Origin: an uncultured Chloroflexia bacterium | GTDB lineage: Bacteria > Chloroflexota > Limnocylindria > QHBO01 | Length of the DNA stretch: 64,000 bases | Direction: 5' to 3' | Assembly: GCA_963825525.1 (NCBI GenBank) | Contig: CAWGTN010000002.1 | Coordinates: 1,184,001 to 1,248,000 of the forward strand | Part shown: positions 57,476-64,000 of the stretch, in pieces | How positions within the stretch are numbered: position 1 is the first letter of the stretch | Layout of the letters: each line of letters opens with the position of its first letter | Program-made: the position numbers and the translations under genes | Notes under the pieces: model-generated | Databases searched by the model: none | What the model saw: only the letters and a program-made list of their open reading frames with translations | Told to the model about the DNA's origin: nothing

Positions 57476-58101
57476 GGCGTGCGGTCCTCTCGGAGATGGC
57501 GGCGCAGTGACTCGATTGCGCGGAATGTCAGGCCGCGGATGGTGCCGGCCCGGCGTCCCATGATCCGGGCGGCATCATCGGCGGACAGCCCGGCGGCGTA
57601 GCGTAGGGCGATGGCTTCCTGCTGATCGGGCGTCAAGCGCCGGATGGCCGCCCGAAGCTCGCGAAGCTCCTCCTCTTCCAGGCTCCTGGCCTCGAGGCCG
57701 GAGCCGTCGGACGGCTCCGCGATCGACGCGAGGGGCTCGATCGGCCGCTGGCGACGCTGATGGTCGATCACGGCGTTGCGCGCGATTCGGTATGCCCAGG
57801 CCGTGAACGGCCGTCCCTGGTGACGATAGCGCGGGAGAGCACCGACGATCCGCTCGAACACCAGCTGTGTCACGTCCTGGGCGTCCTCGCGATGGCGCAC
57901 GCGAACGGCGACGTAGCGATAGATCGGATCGAAGAGAGCGTCGTACAGGCGGCCGACGGCCTCCAGGTCGCCGGCAGTGGCCGCGACCGCGAGCTCGTCA
58001 ACGGTCGGCTCATCGCTGAGATGCGCCGGCACAACCCGTGGCCGGGCATCCGCGTCCACGAGGGTGGATCGCAGGATGGCTTCCAGGGATCGTTCACGCA
58101 T
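57472..58101 (-). CDS. ECF sigma factor
   Basis: IYRY...RV..REDAQDVT..VF, FTAWAYRIARNAVIDH, LTPDQQEAIALRY, region 4 HTH. Confidence 0.92.
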   Translation of the reverse strand: MRERSLEAILRSTLVDADARPRVVPAHLSDEPTVDELAVAATAGDLEAVGRLYDALFDPIYRYVAVRVRHREDAQDVTQLVFERIVGALPRYRHQGRPFTAWAYRIARNAVIDHQRRQRPIEPLASIAEPSDGSGLEARSLEEEELRELRAAIRRLTPDQQEAIALRYAAGLSADDAARIMGRRAGTIRGLTFRAIESLRRHLREDRTP

Positions 58102-58196
58102 CGGGCAGCACGCTTGAAACGGGAGAGTTCGGCAACCCTAGCATCGGATTTGGGACAACGGTGCCACCTCGGTGCCTGCGGGCACCGAGACCTGCC

Positions 58197-59405
58197 TCAG
58201 ATGATGGCGAGCTCGCGCCCCACACGCTCGAAGACGTCGAGGCAGGTGTCCAGTTCTTCGCGCGAGTGCTCGGCGGTGACGATCGTGCGGACCCGGCTCT
58301 TCTCCTCGGGGACGGTCGGGAAGCCGATGCCCATGGCGAACACGCCCTCCTCGAAGAGCCGATCGCTGAACCGATGGGCCAGCGCGCCGGCACCCACGAT
58401 GACCGGGGTGATGGGTGTCTCGCTGTGGCCGGTGTCGAATCCGAGCCTCTCGAGCCCCGCCTTGAAATGGCGGGCGTTGTCCCACAGGCGGTCGATCAGC
58501 TCCGGCTCGGTCTCGAGGACGTCGATCGCGGCCAGGCACGCGGCCGCAACTGCCGGTGGATGCGATGTCGAGAAGAGGAATGGGCGGGCCCGATGCTCCA
58601 GGACCGTGCGCAGCGAAGCCGGTCCGGCAACGTAGCCGCCCAGCACGCCAATCGCCTTCGAGAGCGTCCCGACCTGCACGTGGACGCGGCCGTGGAGCTC
58701 GAAATGGTCCACCGTTCCGCGACCATTGCGGCCGAGGACGCCGGAGGCGTGGGCGTCGTCGACCATGACGACCGCATCGGCCTCGTCCGCGGCGTCGACG
58801 ATCTCGGGCAGCTTCGCAATGTCGCCGTCCATGCTGAACACGCCGTCGGTGATGACCAGGATCGTTCGGCCGGCGTCACCCTTCCGAATCTCGCGCAGCG
58901 TGTCGCGGAGCGCATCGGTGTCGGCGTGCGGGAAGATCTTGCGCTCGGCCTTGGTGAGCCGGATGCCGTCGATGATGCTGGCGTGGTTCAGCGCGTCGCT
59001 GACGATGACCGCGCCCTCCGGAGCGAGGATCGGAATCACGCCGGTGTTGGCGGTGAAGCCCGACTGGAAGGTGAGGACCGCTTCCGTGTGCTTGAAGGTG
59101 GCCAGGCGCTGCTCGAGCTCCTCATGGAGGCTCATCGTGCCGGCAATCGTGCGGACGGCGCCCGACCCGGCACCATAGCGCTCGACCGCGTCGAGGGCCG
59201 CCTGTCGCAGCCTGGGGTGCGTGTTCAGGCCCAGGTAGTTGTTGCTGCTGAGCGTGATGACCTCGCGTCCGTCGATGACGCATCGGCTCTTCTGCTCGCT
59301 CTCGACGACCCGCAGGCGTCGGTAGAGACCCTTGGCCTTCAGGTCCTCGATCTCGGCATCCAGGAATGCGAGCGGATGGTGCGCTCGGGCGGGTGCATCG
59401 GTCAT
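58197..59405 (-). CDS. kbl: Glycine C-acetyltransferase (2-amino-3-ketobutyrate CoA ligase)
   Basis: [54 protein letters not shown]; adjacent to tdh. Confidence 0.92.
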   Translation of the reverse strand: MTDAPARAHHPLAFLDAEIEDLKAKGLYRRLRVVESEQKSRCVIDGREVITLSSNNYLGLNTHPRLRQAALDAVERYGAGSGAVRTIAGTMSLHEELEQRLATFKHTEAVLTFQSGFTANTGVIPILAPEGAVIVSDALNHASIIDGIRLTKAERKIFPHADTDALRDTLREIRKGDAGRTILVITDGVFSMDGDIAKLPEIVDAADEADAVVMVDDAHASGVLGRNGRGTVDHFELHGRVHVQVGTLSKAIGVLGGYVAGPASLRTVLEHRARPFLFSTSHPPAVAAACLAAIDVLETEPELIDRLWDNARHFKAGLERLGFDTGHSETPITPVIVGAGALAHRFSDRLFEEGVFAMGIGFPTVPEEKSRVRTIVTAEHSREELDTCLDVFERVGRELAII

Positions 59406-59435
59406 GCGGCAAGTCTACCCGCGGCCCGCGACCGC

Positions 59436-60488
59436 TTACGGCAGGAGAACGACCTTTCCGGCGTGGCGCGAGGCGATGAGGTCGAAGGCAGCCGGCCACT
59501 CGGCGAGGTCGAGCCGATGAGTGATGATGGGTGACACGTCGAGCGCGCCGGAGCGGAGCAGGGCCTGGGTCCGCTCCCACGTGTCGTAGATCCGCCGTCC
59601 GTAGATCCCGTGCATGCGGATGCCCTTCATGATCACGAGTTCGGACAACTCGACCGGGACGGCTTCGCTGAAGATCCCGAGGAGGCTGACCCGACCTCCG
59701 CGCGTTGTCATGCGGAGTGCCTGCTCGAGGGCCTGCGGTGCGCCGCTCATCTCGAGCACGACCTCGACGCCGTCGCCCCCGGTGGCTTCCTCGACCCGCT
59801 GCTCGGCGTCGGCCGTCGATGCGTCGATGGCGAGGTCGGCGCCCATCGCACGTGCGAGGTCGAGCCGATATGGCTCGGTGTCGGTGGCGATCACCACGGA
59901 AGCGCCGGCGGCCCTGGCGATCCCGACCGCGCACAGCCCGATCGGTCCGCAGCCGGTCACGAGCACCGATTTGCCCTCGATCGGCTCAACGAACGCGGCG
60001 TGCACGGCGTTGCCCATCGGCTCCTGGAGAGCAACCACCGCCGGGTCGAGCCCGTTCGACTCGATGGCGTTCGTTTCCGGGATCACGACGTGTTCGGCGA
60101 ACCCTCCGTCGGTGTGGACGCCGATGACTCGCAGGTTGCGGCACAGGTGCTCGTCGCCCCGACGACACTGCGCACACGTCCAGTCGACGAGGTGCGACTC
60201 AACGCCGACGAGGTCACCCTCCTTCACCCGGCTCACGCCGCTGCCTGCGGCGGCCACGGTGCCGGCCAGCTCGTGACCGAGGATCCGCGGAGGCACGAGG
60301 TTCTCGGCGGCCCAGTCGTCCCATGTGAAGAGGTGATGGTCGGTGCCGCAGATGCTCGCGGCCTCGACGCGCAGCAGGACCTCGCCAGGGCCCGGATCGG
60401 GGACCGGCCGCTCGATGAGCTCGAGGCCGGGGCCGGGCGCGGTCTTGGCCAGCGCACGCATGGTCGGCCGAGTGCCGGCAGCGGTCAT
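59436..60488 (-). CDS. tdh: L-threonine 3-dehydrogenase
   Basis: ICGTDHH, GHELAG, VESH, QEPMGNAVH, GCGPIG, LEMSG, GIYGR, GKVVL. Confidence 0.92.
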   Translation of the reverse strand: MTAAGTRPTMRALAKTAPGPGLELIERPVPDPGPGEVLLRVEAASICGTDHHLFTWDDWAAENLVPPRILGHELAGTVAAAGSGVSRVKEGDLVGVESHLVDWTCAQCRRGDEHLCRNLRVIGVHTDGGFAEHVVIPETNAIESNGLDPAVVALQEPMGNAVHAAFVEPIEGKSVLVTGCGPIGLCAVGIARAAGASVVIATDTEPYRLDLARAMGADLAIDASTADAEQRVEEATGGDGVEVVLEMSGAPQALEQALRMTTRGGRVSLLGIFSEAVPVELSELVIMKGIRMHGIYGRRIYDTWERTQALLRSGALDVSPIITHRLDLAEWPAAFDLIASRHAGKVVLLP

Positions 60489-61381
60489 CGCGGCGGCTGG
60501 TCGATCTCGCCGACCCCAGCGGCGGTGGCGTGATCGTCGCCGCGCGGCAGCTCGTCGATGACCGGGTTCTCGAGGATCCCGATGCCCTCGATCTCGAGTC
60601 GCATCCCATCCCCGTTGACGAGGTAGCGGGGCGGGTGCTGGTAATGCCCGACACCCGCCGGGGTACCGGTCGCGATGACGTCGCCCGGCTCGAGCGTGAT
60701 CGTGCGCGACGCGAAGGCAACGATGGTCGCCACGTCGAACACCATCTCCGCCGTTGTCGAGTCCTGCCACGGCTCACCGTTGACCCATGAGCGGAGGCGG
60801 AGGGCCTGCGGATCCGGGATCTCGTCGGCCGTCACGACGACCGGGCCCATCGGCGCGAAACCGTCCGAGCCTTTTGCCCGCAGCCACTGCCGATCCTCCT
60901 TCTGGAGGTCACGCATCGTGACGTCGTTGACGATCGTGTATCCGAAGACATGGCCCAGCGCCTCGGACCGGCCGATGCGTGACGCCCGCTGACCGATCAC
61001 GACACCGAGCTCGCATTCGAGGTCCAGCTTGTCCGTGGCGCGCGGCCGTGTCACGGGCTGGCCCGGATCGGCGACGGCGTTGGCGAACTTGCTGAAGAGC
61101 ATCGGGTAGTCAGGGGGGTCGATCGACTGCTCGCGGCAGTGGTCGTGGTAGTTGAGCCCGACGCAGATGATCTTGCCCGGCCGCGCGATCGGCGCCAGGT
61201 GTACCCCCTCGTCATCGACGGTTGGCCCAGCGATGCTGTCGAGCTGATCGGCCGTGATGCCCGCAGCCAGGAGCTCGCCGATGTCAGTGACGCCGGTGGC
61301 GTCGGTCAGGTCACGGATGCCACCCGCGACGCGCACGGCAAGGCGGCGGTGTCCGTTGATGGCGTGGGAGATCAGCTGCAC
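60485..61381 (-). CDS. Fumarylacetoacetate hydrolase family protein
   Basis: KIICVGLNY.DH, LDLECEL, NDVTMRDLQ, QWLRAKG.D, LEPGDVIATGTPAGVG; TATACT lies 7 nt before GTG 61381. Confidence 0.92.
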   Translation of the reverse strand: MQLISHAINGHRRLAVRVAGGIRDLTDATGVTDIGELLAAGITADQLDSIAGPTVDDEGVHLAPIARPGKIICVGLNYHDHCREQSIDPPDYPMLFSKFANAVADPGQPVTRPRATDKLDLECELGVVIGQRASRIGRSEALGHVFGYTIVNDVTMRDLQKEDRQWLRAKGSDGFAPMGPVVVTADEIPDPQALRLRSWVNGEPWQDSTTAEMVFDVATIVAFASRTITLEPGDVIATGTPAGVGHYQHPPRYLVNGDGMRLEIEGIGILENPVIDELPRGDDHATAAGVGEIDQPPR

Positions 61382-61400
61382 GCGGCCGAGTATAGGAAGG

Positions 61401-61826
61401 TCAGGGCTCGGTGAAATACGCGCGTGCCGCGGGACGCAGCAGGCCAACGACGAGCCCGATGGTCAGCAACGCGCCGAGTGGCACCGTGAGCAGGTACCAG
61501 CCGTTGGCCGCCTGTGGCGGGAAGTCGAGCAGCACTGGGGGCAGCCCCGCGAGGATCGGCACCGGCAGGAACGCGATTCCCACGGCGAACCGATGAGCGA
61601 TGCGCTTGCGCTGGAGGGCGGTTGTCACGCCGAACAGCACTGCAGCCAGCTCTAGCATCATGAAGATGCCCAGGATGCTGAACGGCGCCCGCTCGCTGAA
61701 GTCGATGAACTGGACGATGCGGCCCAGGAGCAGCCCGGTGATGGCCAGGAGACCGAACGCCCAGGCGAACCAGAGGCGGACGGCTACCGGCGTGTCACCC
61801 GGCTGAAAGTCGTTGCGAGGATCCAT
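61401..61826 (-). CDS. Hypothetical membrane protein
   Basis: Four hydrophobic segments; C-terminal RPAARAYF; TACGAT lies 8 nt upstream. Confidence 0.7.
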   Translation of the reverse strand: MDPRNDFQPGDTPVAVRLWFAWAFGLLAITGLLLGRIVQFIDFSERAPFSILGIFMMLELAAVLFGVTTALQRKRIAHRFAVGIAFLPVPILAGLPPVLLDFPPQAANGWYLLTVPLGALLTIGLVVGLLRPAARAYFTEP

Positions 61827-61885
61827 GCACAGGGATCGTAGCAAGGTGGCGCGGGACGGCGACCATCGGGCCGGTCAGCCACGTC

Positions 61886-61948
61886 TTGACAGGTTCGCGC
61901 GGGGCAGCGTATCGTCCACGACCTAAACCGGTTCACTAAATCGGTTTA
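61886..61948 (+). promoter_or_regulatory. Promoter (TTGACA-18-TATCGT) followed by two LacI-type operators
   Basis: TAAACCGGTTCA (61924-61935) and TAAATCGGTTTA (61937-61948), both with the central CG typical of LacI/GalR sites. Confidence 0.78.
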
Positions 61949-61989
61949 CGGGCGGGACATCCCCCGCCGCAGACGAGGGATCGAAGCAC

Positions 61990-63087
61990 TTGGCTCGTCC
62001 GCGCATTGACGATGTGGCCCGCGTTGCCGGCGTGAGCAAGACGTCGGTCAGCTTCGCATTCAACCAGCCGGACAACCTCAACGCGGCGACGCGTGATCGG
62101 ATTCTGGCCGCGGCCGCGGAGCTCGGCTACCGCCCATCGCCCATCGCGCGTCGCCTGGCATCCCGAAAGACGGACCAGATCGGCCTCGTGGTGCCGCAGG
62201 CGACCCACCACGTGTTCGCAAACCCGTTCCTGCCCGAGCTCCTGCGCGGCATCGGAGACGTCTGTGACGCGGCTGGCATCTCGCTGGTCATCGTGCCGCC
62301 CGTGGGTGGCTCAATCGCGCGAGCCGTCGAGGGGGCCCTCGTGGACGGCCTGGTGCTCCTTGGGCTCGAGCCCGACCACGTGGAGCTGGAGCTGGTCCGC
62401 AAGTCGGGCGTACCGGTCGTGGCCCTCGACGTCGATACCTGGGAGGACGCGGAGGTGATCTCCGTCGATGAAGCGGGAGGCGCGGCCGAGGCCGCCCGGC
62501 ACCTGCACGCGCTCGGCCACCGCGACGTCGCGGTCGTCCTCATCGCCGAGCATCCCGACTCCGGCGTCGACGAGAGCCGCGGCATCTCGGCCCGGCGGCT
62601 GCGCGGCATCCGGGAAGGCTTCGCGTCCGCGGCACGCGAGTCGGACGGTGAGGACATCTCGCTGCGCATCTTGTCGGCGACGGTCTCGGAGGACGGCGGA
62701 CGTGGGGCGTTCGCCGAGCTGCAGGCCGATGGGCTACCGTCCGCGATCATCGCGATCACCGACATCACCGCCATCGGCATCCTGCTGGCGGCACGCGACG
62801 CCGGAATCTCGGTCCCCGCCTCCCTGTCAGTCATCGGCTATGACGACGTCCCGGCAGCCGCATGGACCCATCCGGCATTGACCACGGTCCACCAGCCGAT
62901 CCGAGAGAAGGGCCGGCTCGCGGCCCAACGACTGGTCGACCTGCTGAGCGGCCGAGACGGCCGCCGGCCCATCAGCGAGCTCCTTGCGACCCATCTGGTC
63001 GTGCGCGGCTCCACGGCACCGGCCGCACCCGGTCGACACCTCTCCGGCGCCTCACCCCAGGGGGGAGGAGGTGTCGCCCATCCCTGA
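61990..63087 (+). CDS. LacI family transcriptional regulator
   Basis: IDDVARVAGVSKTSVS, ELGYRPS, LGHR, VP..LSVIGYDD, LTTVHQP, LVVRGST. Confidence 0.95.
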   Translation: MARPRIDDVARVAGVSKTSVSFAFNQPDNLNAATRDRILAAAAELGYRPSPIARRLASRKTDQIGLVVPQATHHVFANPFLPELLRGIGDVCDAAGISLVIVPPVGGSIARAVEGALVDGLVLLGLEPDHVELELVRKSGVPVVALDVDTWEDAEVISVDEAGGAAEAARHLHALGHRDVAVVLIAEHPDSGVDESRGISARRLRGIREGFASAARESDGEDISLRILSATVSEDGGRGAFAELQADGLPSAIIAITDITAIGILLAARDAGISVPASLSVIGYDDVPAAAWTHPALTTVHQPIREKGRLAAQRLVDLLSGRDGRRPISELLATHLVVRGSTAPAAPGRHLSGASPQGGGGVAHP

Positions 63088-63136
63088 CTCGTCACCCGAT
63101 CAGCAACGACGCAACCGTAACGAGGAACCACTCTCC

Positions 63137-64000
63137 ATGAATCTCAAACTTCATCGCTCGATCGTGCCCGTCGGCATGGCCGTCGCACTCGCGCTCTCGG
63201 CATGCTCGGGCGGCGGCACGTCGCCGAGCGCCGCGGCCTCGGTCGATCCGTCCAGCGCGTGCAGCGGCGTCGACTCGCTCACGTTCACCCACACCATGAA
63301 CGATCAGGAGTCGCCGGTCATCGCCGAGATCGCCGAGGCATTCGAGGGGACGAGTGTCGAGGTGACGCAGATCCCGTTCGACGGTGCCCAGCAGGCCTAT
63401 GACCAGCAGGCGGCCGGCGGCGAAGCACCGGATGTCTTCCGCGCGGAGATCGCCTGGATCGCCGACTACGCCGACAAGGGCTACCTGCTCGACCTGACAA
63501 GCATGATTCCGCAGTCGGAATGGGATGACTTCCTGGCCGGCCCGCTGGCGTACGGCCAGTGGCAGGGTGGCACGTACGCCGTCCCGCAGGTGACCGACGC
63601 CCTCGCACTCCTCTACAACAAGTCCATGCTCGAAGAGGCCAATGTCGAGGCGCCCGCCACGATGGACGACTTCATCGCGGCCGGCGAGACGCTCCAGACC
63701 GAGCTCGATCTCGAAAATGCCTTCTACATGCGTGGTGATGCGTACTGGCTCCAGCCCTTCCTCTGGGCATTTGGTGGCGGCCTTCTGACCGTCGACGACG
63801 AGGGCCAGGTCACCGACATCCTGGTCAACAACGAAGGCTCGGTCGCGGGTCTCGAGTTCCTCCTCAACGATGTGCTCGGCACGATCGCGGCCGAGGACGT
63901 CGACTTCGCGAACGACTATGGCAATGCGATGACCGCCTTCAAGGAGGGCGAGGTGGCCATGATCTTCAACGGACCATGGTCGACCGCCGATGTGCTCTCG
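63137..64000 (+). CDS. Sugar (maltose/maltodextrin-type) ABC substrate-binding lipoprotein, partial
   Basis: Manual translation MNLKLHRSIVPVGMAVALALSAC (lipobox)...APDVFRAEIAW...GYLLDL...YAVPQVTD.LALLYNK...AMIFNGPW; runs off the window. Confidence 0.88.
   Translation, partial: MNLKLHRSIVPVGMAVALALSACSGGGTSPSAAASVDPSSACSGVDSLTFTHTMNDQESPVIAEIAEAFEGTSVEVTQIPFDGAQQAYDQQAAGGEAPDVFRAEIAWIADYADKGYLLDLTSMIPQSEWDDFLAGPLAYGQWQGGTYAVPQVTDALALLYNKSMLEEANVEAPATMDDFIAAGETLQTELDLENAFYMRGDAYWLQPFLWAFGGGLLTVDDEGQVTDILVNNEGSVAGLEFLLNDVLGTIAAEDVDFANDYGNAMTAFKEGEVAMIFNGPWSTADVLS

Overview
High-GC bacterial chromosomal segment. Taxonomy is inferred as Chloroflexota, possibly class Limnocylindria, from GAAC-N4-GTTC LexA boxes, an FMN-riboswitch RibXY-type transporter, a GuaB3 IMPDH, a CxxC-x17-CxxC zinc-ribbon protein, an F420-type LLM enzyme and lipoproteins. 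Most of the window is housekeeping: purine genes (purB partial, purE, purD, guaA, guaB3, purA), dnaB/rplI, a lexA-alkZ-dinB SOS cassette, folD/cyclodeaminase, hutH/hutU/ftcD, argS, kbl/tdh and the start of a LacI-controlled sugar ABC operon. No rRNA, tRNA, CRISPR array or transposase was recognised. Main points of interest: (1) an ArmA/Rmt-family 16S rRNA m7G1405 methyltransferase homolog translationally coupled between rsmI and a divergent tgt; (2) a surface-protein locus at 49.7-58.1 kb with three secreted Ser/Pro/Glu-repeat proteins sharing an extended C-terminal 'SPRES-xx-GGNPTP...[LVI]PDTA + TM' signal, a GT-C-like membrane protein, shared upstream motifs and an ECF sigma/DUF5667 pair; (3) a small gene behind two LexA boxes after dinB, and a LexA box upstream of dnaB; (4) an FMN riboswitch with inserted hairpins; (5) pervasive leaderless promoters. 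Several +1 frameshifts (alkZ-2, hutU, repeat proteins) are probably sequencing errors.
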